Assembly (NCBI GenBank): GCA_964016885.1 | Contig: OZ024741.1 | Span: 310,186,001 to 310,250,000, forward strand | Direction of reading: 5' to 3' | Origin: Eledone cirrhosa | Lineage: Eukaryota | DNA: 64,000 nt | Shown: one piece after another, positions 52,435-64,000 of the stretch | Numbering within the stretch: position 1 is the first letter of the stretch | How the letters are laid out: each line of letters opens with the position of its first letter | Program-made: the position numbers and the translations under genes | The notes under the pieces: generated by a model | Database searches by the model: none | The model's input: only the letters and a program-made list of their open reading frames with translations | Told to the model about the DNA's origin: nothing

Positions 52435-52682
52435 GTGCCTTTTCTCTTCGCCACCAGCATGGCTATGCTAAGAGTAGGCTGTTTAAATGCGCGTGGCCTG
52501 GGCTCAACTTGGAAGCAAGCAATGCTTCTAAATGACCTCAGATCACAACGTATAGATGTGATGGTTATTTGCGAGGCCCGGATCAGCAACGTGCGACAGC
52601 TGGTCCCCACCTTTGATGTCAGCCCGGAGGTGGGGGTGGGGTTGTCGTTCTGCTGCAAAAACATCTGGGTCTCGCAACACAG

Positions 52683-55600
52683 ATGGTACATTTGGACCCG
52701 GAGGGTCGACTAGTGGTTCTGGACCTTGGCAGTGGTGAAGGCGGAGCGTTTAGGTTGGTAGCCGCCTACGGCCCTTTCGGGTCAATGCGGCCGGACTTCT
52801 TCTATCGTCTGGAGACTTTTCTAGGGACGTCCTGCTCCTTGTTATTAGTGGGGGACTGGAATGGTATCCTAGATGCACGCTGGGACTACGTAGGGGCCTG
52901 CCCCGATAGAGAGGGGTGCAATAGCCTCAAAGGGTTAATCGGTCGATTTGACCTGGCCGATAGATATCGACTAGATTTTCCGACTGCGCCAACCTGGACT
53001 TGGGCAAATCGTAGCGGATCATCTAGGTCGTACCTAGATAGGTTCTTAGTTAGAATTAAGGATAAGGACTTTTTAAGTTGTCCAAAAATGCGCACGGTTG
53101 GCTATTCAGACCACAAGTTAGTGACCTGCATGGTCAACCTTGACAGAACTCATAGACAGGGACCCGGTTACTGGAAGCTCAACTTGTCCTTACCGGCAAG
53201 TAAGGCTTACAGGGACCGGATTAGCACTTTAGTTAAGGAGCGGTTGACGGGCGCCATCGTCAACAGCAGGTGGTGGGGATCTCTCAAAAGAGAGATTAGA
53301 GTAGTCTCTATAGAATTTAGTAAGGAGTTAGGCTCTAATAGAAACAGGAAGGAAAGGGAATTGGTAGATAGTGTTGAAGAGGCAATTAGAAGCGGCGACG
53401 TGGCCAGAGTGCTAGCGTCGAGAACGGCCCTGGGCCAGTTTTTCGACGCGAAACACGAAGGCTGCATCGTCCGAAGCAAAATACGTGCTCTGGGAAACGA
53501 GGGGACCAAAGCTGTTAGCTGGGCCCGCGTGACAGAAGCCAAAAGAGGGAGCAGATCCACTATCCGGTCTTTGCGAGACCAGGATGGACGGGTGATCCAT
53601 GAACCTAAGCAGATGTGCGAGGCTTTTCAAAAGCACTTTGCCGGATTGTTCGGAAGGGGTGGGGGGCCGGTTGGGGATGTGGACTTCGGTCCATACCTCG
53701 ACGGCCTGCCGCGTCTCTCGGACAGGGAGGGGAAGTCCTGCGAGGAGCCGATTGCAGCCGCTGAGATAGAGGACGTGCTGAGCCAATGCGGCAAACGCAA
53801 ATCCCCGGGTCTCGATGGTCTTCCATACGAACTATATCTAGCTATGCCGGACTTGTTCCCCGATCTCCTCGAGGTGGTCTACTGCAACTGGCAACAGAAC
53901 GGGAGAATTCCCTGTGCTGTGACCAAGGGCGTAGTCACGCTAGTGAGGAAGGACGAGAACAAGGGGGACGATATAAATAATTTCAGGCCCATAACTCTGC
54001 TAAATACAGAGTTACAGATTTTGGCCAAGGTGCTAGCAAAGAGGTTGGCGCTTGTCGTGGGCAACCTGGTGGGAGATGCGCAGACATGTGCTATCCCGTC
54101 CAGGTCCATCCACGACAATCTCCACCTCATGCGATACATCATAGAGAGGGTTGGGAACGAACCCGGCTTTGGTGGGGCCCTGATCAACTTGGATCAATCT
54201 AAGGCATTCGATAGGGTCGACCATGGTTACCTGGATGCGGTGCTAGCGGCGGCAGGCTTCGGACCCGTTTTCAGAGGCTGGATCAATGCCATGCACAGCA
54301 GCCGCATCTGCTCTAGGGTCAAGGTGAACGGCTACCTCTCGGAGCCGTTCGAAATTGCGCGGTCCATCCGACAGGGGTGCCCTCTCTCCTCCCTTCTGTA
54401 TGTAATGACTCTAGAGCCACTGCTGCGGAAGTTGGAGTTGTTGCAGGGCATCCCGTTGGAACCGGGATTGCGGAAAGCGGTGTCAGCCTACGCCGATGAC
54501 GTAACAGTAATGGTGTCGACGGCCTCGGAAATCGGGGCGATCGGCACCTTACTGGAGGAGTACGAAAGGTTTACAGGGGCTAAGCTGAACCGGGACAAGT
54601 CGATCGGTCTGCAACTCGGCACGTGGAGGGGCAGATCGATGCCCTCCGATGGCGTCGTCGGCCCGGTGAAGTTGCTCGGGGTCTGGTTCGGACCAGACCT
54701 CCAGGTGGAGAAGAACTGGGGTGAGGTAACGAACAGGGTGTTTGCACTGACCCAGAAGTGGGCCGAGTGCAAACTGTCCCTGAAAGGTCGGGCGGAGGTG
54801 GCGAACACTTATATAGCGTCCGTCATCTACTACCGCCTGACCGTTGTGCCTTGCCCAAGGGAAACGCTCGCCAAAATGGAGTGCGCACTCTTCCAATTCC
54901 TTTGGAAGAAGCGGGCTCCTATGGTGAGGAGATCCATCTGCTGTCAACACCCTTCGAAAGGAGGGCTGGGGATGCCGTGGCTAATGATACGTAAACACGC
55001 ATTAAGGCTACGGCACCTTCAGGTATTCCTCTCCGGTCAACCGGTGTGGGCCCCGTTTGTGAGGCGAGCCTTTCCCAGACTCGTCTCACTCACCGAGCTG
55101 CAATCCTGGGTCAAGCAAAGACCGAGAAAACTGGGCGCCTGGCACACCGAGTGTGCCCAGGCGCTCACGGCTCTCTGGCAGGCGGACCCGGCTGTCAGTG
55201 GAGAATCCACCTCGTCATTCTATAGAGGGCTGGTGGTTAGCAGGTGCGACGACGCCCTCGGAGAAGCCCTAAGCATGGAGGAAGACGAACTGGCAAACCT
55301 GTTCGGTAGGACATTCAGCCCGGGACCCATGGATAACTTCCAGAGGTCCCTGGCCTGGCAATGCTACAGAAGGGCTCTGCCCGTTCGAGAAAGGCTCTAC
55401 AGACACGGGAGCCCGGGTAGGGACCCCTCGAAAAAGATCTGTCCCAGATGCGTGTGCGACGAGGAAACCGTTGCACACGCATTGGTACACTGCTCGGGCA
55501 TTGCCGATCTGTGGGGCTATGTCGAACAACTGCTGTCAAGGGTGGGACCGATCCGGTTGACCACCGAGTCTATTGTAACGATCAAGCCGCCTCCCCTCTT

Positions 55601-55856
55601 CAAAAACGAAGGAGAGGCGGTGTTTCTGTGCGTAATAGCCATGGCGAAAGAGGTTGTATGGTGGACGCGTCTGAAAGGACTGAGGTCAGGCACCTTTCTC
55701 TCTGGCCAACAACTGGTCCGTTTCTTCCGATATCATTTCGGAAGAAGGATCAGGATGGAGAGAGAGATGCTGCACCCCAGCCGTTTTTATGAAAGATGGG
55801 TGAAAGTGGCGAGAATGGCCCGTGTGAATGGGCCTTCACTCTACATCAGACTATAG
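52683..55856 (+). CDS. Tx1 copy C ORF2 (APE endonuclease, reverse transcriptase, zinc-binding tail); true start 52459 is frameshifted
   Basis: 1057-aa open frame with GDWN, YLDRFL, SDH, GYWKLN, SPGLDG, DQSKAFDRVDH, IRQGCPLS, AYADDV, CPRC..ETVAHALVHC. Confidence 0.92.
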   Translation: MVHLDPEGRLVVLDLGSGEGGAFRLVAAYGPFGSMRPDFFYRLETFLGTSCSLLLVGDWNGILDARWDYVGACPDREGCNSLKGLIGRFDLADRYRLDFPTAPTWTWANRSGSSRSYLDRFLVRIKDKDFLSCPKMRTVGYSDHKLVTCMVNLDRTHRQGPGYWKLNLSLPASKAYRDRISTLVKERLTGAIVNSRWWGSLKREIRVVSIEFSKELGSNRNRKERELVDSVEEAIRSGDVARVLASRTALGQFFDAKHEGCIVRSKIRALGNEGTKAVSWARVTEAKRGSRSTIRSLRDQDGRVIHEPKQMCEAFQKHFAGLFGRGGGPVGDVDFGPYLDGLPRLSDREGKSCEEPIAAAEIEDVLSQCGKRKSPGLDGLPYELYLAMPDLFPDLLEVVYCNWQQNGRIPCAVTKGVVTLVRKDENKGDDINNFRPITLLNTELQILAKVLAKRLALVVGNLVGDAQTCAIPSRSIHDNLHLMRYIIERVGNEPGFGGALINLDQSKAFDRVDHGYLDAVLAAAGFGPVFRGWINAMHSSRICSRVKVNGYLSEPFEIARSIRQGCPLSSLLYVMTLEPLLRKLELLQGIPLEPGLRKAVSAYADDVTVMVSTASEIGAIGTLLEEYERFTGAKLNRDKSIGLQLGTWRGRSMPSDGVVGPVKLLGVWFGPDLQVEKNWGEVTNRVFALTQKWAECKLSLKGRAEVANTYIASVIYYRLTVVPCPRETLAKMECALFQFLWKKRAPMVRRSICCQHPSKGGLGMPWLMIRKHALRLRHLQVFLSGQPVWAPFVRRAFPRLVSLTELQSWVKQRPRKLGAWHTECAQALTALWQADPAVSGESTSSFYRGLVVSRCDDALGEALSMEEDELANLFGRTFSPGPMDNFQRSLAWQCYRRALPVRERLYRHGSPGRDPSKKICPRCVCDEETVAHALVHCSGIADLWGYVEQLLSRVGPIRLTTESIVTIKPPPLFKNEGEAVFLCVIAMAKEVVWWTRLKGLRSGTFLSGQQLVRFFRYHFGRRIRMEREMLHPSRFYERWVKVARMARVNGPSLYIRL

Positions 55857-56115
55857 GTGAGGAAGATGAAAGACCAAGGGAGCACCCCTTCTCTGTGCTC
55901 CTGAGGAAAAGGGTTGCACACTTTTTTCGGGGGTGTGTGCGACCCCCAAGGCGCCTCCTCTCTATTGAGGATTTTGTTATAAATTTTATTCTGTTATATT
56001 TTATTTTATTTTTATATTTTGTTATTGCCCCCTCCTTATTGAGGACGCCTTGTTTTGTAAACTCCCCCATTGTACTTCTCCCACTTTTGATGCCCTGGTG
56101 GCAAATAAAAGAAAC

Positions 56116-56116
56116 A

Positions 56117-56173
<57 letters not shown>

Positions 56174-56250
56174 GTCTGTCTGTCTTTCCACGCGCCCTTC
56201 CGTCCATCCACCCGTCCATCCACCCGTCCATCCATTTGTCCGTCCATTCA
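56116..56250 (+). repeat. (TATC)n grading into (TGTC)n and (TCCA)n-like repeats, right flank of the Tx1 array
   Basis: Seen directly. Confidence 0.9.
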
Positions 56251-57105
56251 CTGCAACTTTTTAGTGGATTTTTTGTAGTCAAATACGTGCGTTGATGCTA
56301 TTAAATTAAATCTACATAAATTCAGTAAATTTGTAAGGCAAACGACCTGTCGAAAAATAGGTTGTTTGTTTTAATACTGAACGATTGATAAGGCTTAAAA
56401 GAGCGTACAATTTCAGCAGCCTCACTTTGCTCTAACCATTAAGCTAAACGGCCTCTGACAACAATCGAAGTCAAAATAAGAATCTAAATTAAATGCTTTG
56501 AAAATCGTATGCAAAGTTTGAAACTTTGAAAGTATGAGTTCCGTAGAAAATGTAGGAAAACTCAGACGCAGGAAAATGACTGTAATTCCAGTTGGTTCCT
56601 GTAACTAGCTTAGACTATCGGGGAAATACTCATTACAAATGGTAAAAATGGGGCCAGCGATCACTATGAGGTCTCACACTCCTTATGTTTCAGGTATAGG
56701 TGAGACACAATATGTATTGGTAGTAGTACTAAGATAACATTGTGCATAAAAGGATTGTGAAAGAATCTGAGCACTTATAAAGGGGAAAATTCCTGCACAT
56801 CTGTAATGTGGCTACCCAAAACGACGAAACAAGAGGAAAACACAAAGAAAATCACATGAGTAGCCACAGTGTAGATTGTGCAGGAATGATCCTACCCAAC
56901 TTTAAATTTTTTCCCCTTCATTAGTGCTCATATTCTTTTATAAAACAACAAAGAATAATTAAAGTAAAAAAATCATTAAAAATTTAAACCAGAACTAAAT
57001 ATGTAATCGCCCCCTTTAGATTATAGATAAGTATCTATTGATTAAGCGCACGCATATAAGCAAACAAACCGATACATATACACACACGCACATATGTGTG
57101 TTTAT

Positions 57106-57144
<39 letters not shown>

Positions 57145-57686
57145 ACGAAATAAAAGAAGAATTATTTATACAGACATATTTTCCAAAAATAACCGATCTT
57201 CAAAAACAGGACTGAAAACCACCCATAATACTATAACCCTTCTTTTTAAAAATTACCCGCTAAAAAGTCTTGCGATAAACAAACAAACTAAAAAGAACAC
57301 ACAACAATAATTAAGTATTGCATATGATTGAACATTATATATCGTAGTCAGCATATGTAGACACGGAAACATATGTTAAAGCCAATAAATTCTTACTCTC
57401 CTTTCTCGCCGAAGATAATATATTTCTTGGTGAAATACTTGCTTATATTATATACTCCGTGATCTCTTCTGGACATATATACCACATTCCCTCGCATGGT
57501 TATTTATTTTATACGAGTCAAAGGATACCGTCGAGTCAAATTCTCTAGTAAGCAGTTTTCCTGTTTAAGCATTCCTTCTTGATGTACATAAAGAAAACCT
57601 TATCTACCCTCACACACACATACATACACACACACATACATACACACACACACGCACGCACGCACACAGACACACACACGTACGCT

Positions 57687-58633
<947 letters not shown>

Positions 58634-58641
58634 TATATATA

Positions 58642-58955
58642 TAAATGTAAGTATGTATGTATACGTACATACATATATGTATACAGACGTACAGTAGTAT
58701 GTATATATATACATACATGCACACATATATATATGTACGTATGGGTTTACCGAACATTTATTATAATGTTCGGTTTGTTTGTAAACAAACAGCCCGAATT
58801 ACGCCGTACAGTGTACAAACAAACCGAACATTATAATAAATGTTCGGCAAACCCATACGTACATATATATATGTGTGCATGTATGTATATATATACATAC
58901 TACTGTACGTCTGTATACATATATGTATGTACGTATACATACATACTTACATTTA
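58642..58955. repeat. Fold-back inverted repeat, 142-bp arms, 30-nt spacer
   Basis: 58642-58783 vs 58814-58955, one visible mismatch. Confidence 0.93.
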
Positions 58956-59102
58956 AGTATCAGCCGTACTAAGAGTGAGAAATGAAATTTCGTTTCACTC
59001 TTTTCCATATATATTTGTGAAATTATAAAATAGAACATACATGCATATATATATATATATGTATGGTTCTTCTGGTTTTATAATTTCACAAATTTTGCCA
59101 AT

Positions 59103-59137
<35 letters not shown>

Positions 59138-59444
59138 GGGAGAGAGAGAGTGAGAGAGGGAGAGAGAGAGAGAGAAAGAGAGTAGTCGTTTTCTAACATA
59201 GACATAAGACTCTCTCATTGGAATTTTCACAACATCAACTAGGTAGATATGTATGCATTTATGTATGCATGCATGTGTGTGCAAGTATGAATGTTATTTT
59301 ATGTGTGGATGTGTATGTTTTGAGTTGTATGTGTGCATGTGTATATTCTTTGTATCTATACATGTGTACATGGAGATATTAGATGCAAAATTTTTGGAAT
59401 GCTTTAAATATTTTTATTGTTCCATTAATGAATTGTACTTATAA

Positions 59445-60205
59445 TTTCCGTCATGCTCTTTTTGTTTCTGTGAAGCCCAGCTTCTGCAAAAGTTACTAAC
59501 ATATCCCAGTGTCGCAATAATCACAGGCATAAATCTGAAGGTATAGTCAGGGTGGAGTGTCTGCAGATTTCTCATTAGTTCTGCATAAATATTCTCCTTT
59601 TCGCTAATCTTTGATATTATATTGGCATCTGCTGGGCAGCTAACTTCCACTACTGTGCATGCCTTCTTTTCCATGTCCAATATCATTATATCTGGTCTGT
59701 TATGCCTGCATTTTATTGGGGTTTTTACTGGAACATTCCACCAGTACTCATTCATATTATGTATATGTCTTCCACATTGTTGTAGCTTTTAACGTGTTTA
59801 TTGTCGGGGCTATCTTTTTTACGAACTGCATTGTAGTGTTTTGGCTACTACATCATGCCTCATGGGTAGATAGTACCGTGATGACATCTTTGGGCAGCTG
59901 CTTATGACATGGGTGATATCTTCGATGTTAATTCTGCAGAGTCTGTACTTGTCACATCTAAGTGTTTTGCCTGCATCCCTATCTCATTTGTGAATCAGGT
60001 ATTTTGTGTTGATTTCCTGTTCATGGATTGCAAAAACATATCCTTCAAAGTGGGAGCCAATATAGTGGTTGCTTGTCCAAGATAGACTACTTTAGCTTTT
60101 AATGTGTTTATTATCGGGGCTATCTTTTCTACGGATTGCATTGTACATCATGCCTCATAGGTAGATAGTACCGCGATGACATCTTTGGACAACTGCTGAT
60201 GACAT
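59445..60205 (-). mobile_element. 3' fragment of an R4/Dong-like non-LTR element (restriction-like endonuclease)
   Basis: EGYVFAIHEQEINTK, RLCRINIEDITHVISSC, MRHDVVAK, HNRPDIMILD...VEVSCP...EKENIYAEL; ~60090-60205 duplicates part of 59783-59910. Confidence 0.8.
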
Positions 60206-60862
60206 ATACTTTTGATTATTATCATTATCGATAGTATTTTCCACAATAGGTAGACTCGGATGGTACACGTGGTGTCAAATTTCTTCGATTATTATTATTA
60301 TTTCTTCCATTATTATTATAAAGGTGGTTTTCTGCTAGCATGTGTAGTGTGTATATTGATATTATACGCAAGTATATATACATGTAGATATGATACATCA
60401 AATAAAATCGTAATTGACAATATACACAGAAATTGTACGAAGACTGTGATACATTGTCTTATGTAATCAGTAACGTAATCCATGATACATTAAAAAAAAC
60501 GATATTATATATAAAATGCATTAAGACAAAATTAGTGACAGAAAATTAATATGTTTAATTAAGCGATCGCCACCGGAAGTGTTGACATTTGAAAATTTTA
60601 AAGATGTGAATCTTTAAATAAATAATAAAATATATTTAATGATCAGCCACGAAATTTAGTAGATAAATTATGTAATATTCATTCATTATTTATTCAAAGT
60701 AATCGAACTTATTTTACTAATGGGATAAACAAATTATAAACCGTACGCAGTCCCGTGCTTCTCCCTTTATTATAGTTTAGATTATAGATAGTGTTTTCCG
60801 CAGCATTCGAGGTAGACTTAGATGGTACACGTGGTGTCAAGTTTGTTACAGGTATGTTCACC

Positions 60863-61259
60863 AATTGATGCAGAAGTCCTAATGAAAAGTGAAGTCGCCT
60901 TGGATGAATAGGCAAATCATTTTCCATAACGATTTTTCAAAAGCATGTAATTGCGTTCCCTCTCTCTTTTGTTGTTGTTTTTGCTGCTGTTTACATTTGG
61001 TTTTTGTGTATGCAAAAATATGTGTACACGAATATATAGTGAAGGCGTGTGGCTGAGTGGTTAGAGAATTGGATTCGCAATCGTAAGGTTGTGAGTTCGA
61101 TTCCTGGACCAGGTGATGCGTTATGTCCTTGAGCAAGACACTTTATTTCACGTTGCTCCTTCTACCTGGAGTTGCGACCGATAGATAGTATTAGCAATTG
61201 GAAAGACCAACGGAAACATTGTTCCCTCGGTCCGATTTGACGAAAGTCGATCGTTCCTT

Positions 61260-61334
<75 letters not shown>

Positions 61335-61501
61335 GTGTACACATATTTTTGCATACACAAAAACCAAATGTAAACAGCAGCAAAAACAACAACAAAAAAG
61401 AGAGGGAACGCAATTACATGCTTTTGAAAAATCGTTATGGAAAATTATTTGCCTATTCATCCAAGGCGACTTCACTTTTCATTAGGACTTCTGCATCAGT
61501 T
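60863..61501. repeat. Inverted repeat, 176-bp arms, enclosing a SINE head and a (TA)n tract
   Basis: 60863-61038 vs 61326-61501, about two mismatches. Confidence 0.92.
61041..61160 (+). mobile_element. tRNA-derived SINE 5' head
   Basis: A box TGGCTGAGTGG and B box GAGTTCGATTCC, followed by GTCCTTGAGCAAGACACTTTATTTCAC also seen in other SINE remnants in this window. Confidence 0.75.
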
Positions 61502-61783
61502 CTGGGTAGAACGAAAAGCCTGTTGAAAAACTGAATCCTCCGTTCGATCATGAATACCACGAGCTTGCCAGTCACGTAAGTCTGATATTTGATTTCGGAT
61601 TCAAAGAAACACTTTAAACGATTGATCGTTTGATTTGTCCAGGTGTATTTTTCTCAACCTGTTAGTTCTATCGTTACTTTGGTATAGTATTGTGTGTTAG
61701 ATTTGCCTACCACAATGTTCGATTTGTCAAGCTATTTAAACGTATGTTATTACTCTAAGGCCCTAACTTATCGAGTGCTTTGC

Positions 61784-61855
61784 TAACTCATCATTTCATA
61801 TAAGTAGGCCGAATTTACTTGCAAACCGCCAGAGAATCGATTTTACTAAATTTCC

Positions 61856-61893
<38 letters not shown>

Positions 61894-61894
61894 G

Positions 61895-61954
<60 letters not shown>

Positions 61955-62026
61955 GGAAATTTAGTAAAATCGAATCTCTGGCGGTTTGCAAGTAAATTCG
62001 GCCTACTTATATGAAATGATGAGTTA
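61784..62026. repeat. Inverted repeat, 76-bp arms around a (TA)n core
   Basis: 61784-61859 vs 61951-62026, one visible mismatch. Confidence 0.92.
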
Positions 62027-62281
62027 TATATAGTTTTGCGAGGTTTTTTATATGAAATCGTGTGTCGAAACAAATATTGTTATACTTGGGGAGGGTCATA
62101 TTTGTGTAATATTGCCAGAATTAATAACAGAACACACTCACTGTTTGGTTGGTTTTCGCTTTTCGCTTCTGTGTCTTTTATATCGGTAATCTAATTTATT
62201 CGGTCCTCAATGTTGCCATTGACTGACCGGCGGTCAAAAATAATACAGATACAATATAGACACAAACACATATATATGGTT

Positions 62282-62325
62282 TATCAGAGTTCTTTCGTTG
62301 CACATCTGCAACATCGTCAGTGGTG
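62282..62325 (-). ncRNA. Degenerate minimal type-I hammerhead ribozyme downstream of the Penelope ORF
   Basis: Minus strand reads CACCA-CTGACGA-T-GTTGCA(GATG)TGCAAC-GAAA-GAAC-TC-TGATA; core and stem II intact, stems I and III imperfect. Confidence 0.6.
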
Positions 62326-62566
62326 CTATTGTTTCCTCCCGTTGCATTGTATGTCTACGCCATTTTTATTTAGTCCGTCTATATATTTATTTATTTATTT
62401 GTTTGTTCATTTTATTTTGTCTTCTTTGCGCATGCGTTTGCGTGTGTGTATAGTGTTTTGTTTGATGTGTGTTCGTGATTGGGTGACTAGTGTGTGTTTA
62501 TATGTGTTTGTTGTTATTGTGCTTGTGTATGTATTTATTTATTTATTTATCTATTTATTTACTTAT

Positions 62567-64000
62567 TTATACTTCTCTTAGGTCAGTGTTGTTTGTTTGG
62601 GTGTTGTTGTTATTCCATTCATTCTTTCTGTTTAGTCTTGGCCTTCTAAGTTCTATTTCACTGGCCTCTCTGATTTGCCTATCTGCTGGGTCATTTCTAT
62701 GTTTAGATATTATTCTAATTTCTATGTTGTCTATGTTACCGTCGTGTTGTTGTCTGGCATGTTCGTATAGTACTGACCCGTTTTTTCGTCCTTTTAGTTC
62801 CGCCCAGTGTTGGTCTATCCTTTCACCTATGCTACGAGCTGTCTCGCCTATGTATGTTGTTGTCATGTTTCTGCAAGTACCCTCTGTACATCTTATGCTA
62901 TAGACTACGTTTCTAGTTTTACAGTTTATCCGGGGGTTTACCTTACATATGATACATTTCCTATTAGTACAGTGGGTTTTCTTAACAGGGTAGGTTTTGC
63001 TGATCAGGGATTTTATGGTGGTTCCTGGCTTTTCTACCACCTTAATCTTTAAGTGGGTCTTTCTCAGGGCCTTTCTACACTGGTTAGCTAATTTCCCTCC
63101 AGGGGTAGCGTCCACAAACATGACACTCTGGTATCTCTGGTTGTCGTACCATGAGGTGGCTTTCCCTATCTTATGTGTAGCTCTATCTAAGCTATTCCAT
63201 GATTTGCTCCTGTATAACGGGCAAATTCCTTTCATGTCCAGTTCTATGAGGGTCTTATACTTCTCCATGGCTCCTTCGTATACTCTGACTCTCTCGGTTT
63301 GGTTGTAGCCAGAGAACTGCATACGGTTGATGAAGTGTTGGATGTGTCTTTCCATTTCTGTTGGGTCGCACATGCGGGACACATTCTTCATCACTCGTAC
63401 CAAATCTGCGATCAGAATATTAAACTTAGCACTACTGGACATTGCTGAGTTTTTGAGTATCAGGTATTTGGAGGCCATGGGTTTAGCATAGTGTGAGTGG
63501 AGAATTTGGTCTCTCTCGTCTATAGTGTTAATCCAGAGTTCCGTGTCTAATACAGGTAGTCTATTGTTAGGGTGTTTGGAAGGGAAGTCGATAGTTACAG
63601 TTATAGTCTGGTGTATGGAATTAGCTATCTGCTGGATGCTTTCCATTGTGCTACGTTCTAAATCAAACTTGTTAGTGCTCTCTAGTGGGGATGTTCTTAT
63701 AACTATATTGATATCGTCTACGTAACGAGAGTACATGATGAGGTCTATGGAGCTCTCATTAAGGAGATCTTTAAGTCTCCTTTCCCACCATACCAAGAAA
63801 AGGTTGGCAACATCACCAGCTATGCTGACGCCAATGGCTGCTCCCTCATTTTGGGTGTAGATCTTCTCGTTGAATTTGAATATGTGGCCCTTTAGGGTAG
63901 TTTTGATACTAGCCCCTATTGCATGTGCGACCATTTTTCTTACCTGATCATTGTTTTGGGGGGTCCGTATAGCTTTGGTCCACCCAAAGGGAATTCATTA
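62567..64000 (-). CDS. Penelope-like retroelement RT plus C-terminal GIY-YIG endonuclease (5' part runs off the window)
   Basis: QNEGAAIG, YSRYVDD, LPVLD, Cys-rich linker CTNRKCIIC, NVVYSIRC...YIGET, REASEI...LNRKNE*; at least 455 aa open. Confidence 0.92.

Larger units (their letters stand above)
50273..56115 (+). mobile_element. Tx1-clade non-LTR retrotransposon, copy C, best preserved
   Basis: ORF1 remnant ~50493-52434 (start ATG mutated to ATT relative to copy B); ORF2 from 52459 with one early deletion, then open to 55856; AATAAA at 56104; (TATC)n follows. Confidence 0.95.

Noticed and set aside
52431-52457. Tiny intron fusing ORF1 to ORF2 in frame in copy C
   Set aside because: Only 27 nt long, and the AG is absent in copies A and B.
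60230-60840. ~50-bp diverged direct repeat containing CACGTG (60230-60278, 60787-60840) as LTRs or a regulatory module
   Set aside because: Too short, with no TG..CA ends, TSD or internal coding remnant.
61041-61115. tRNA gene
   Set aside because: A and B boxes are present but no full cloverleaf; it continues into a SINE body.

Overview
AT-rich, microsatellite- and transposon-dense animal genomic DNA. The repeat landscape looks cephalopod/octopus-like, but the species is an inference. One intact host gene is present: a 7-exon cardiolipin synthase (CRLS1, + strand, CDS 1386-20365, 383 aa), with all splice sites GT-AG and in phase. Its introns carry a decayed CRE-clade LINE, RTE and CR1 LINE fragments, SINEs and a full-length DD37D (maT-type) Tc1/mariner element. 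The rest of the window is mostly mobile DNA: RTE, CR1 and R4-like LINEs, two non-autonomous Helitrons, a Penelope-like element with a degenerate hammerhead, and several long fold-back palindromes next to (TA)n tracts. The most striking structure is a 17-kb head-to-tail array (38.8-56.2 kb) of three diverged full-length Tx1-clade non-LTR retrotransposons plus one 3' fragment, all inserted in the same orientation into one (TATC)n microsatellite. The three full-length copies share features not explained by coding: an intron-like GT...AG segment in the 5'UTR, a consensus splice donor overlapping the ORF1 stop codon, and a three-hairpin 3'UTR structure with compensatory base changes. Two of the three also have an acceptor-like site at the ORF2 stop. 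This suggests a microsatellite-targeting LINE family that may splice out its whole ORF2; that is an untested hypothesis.
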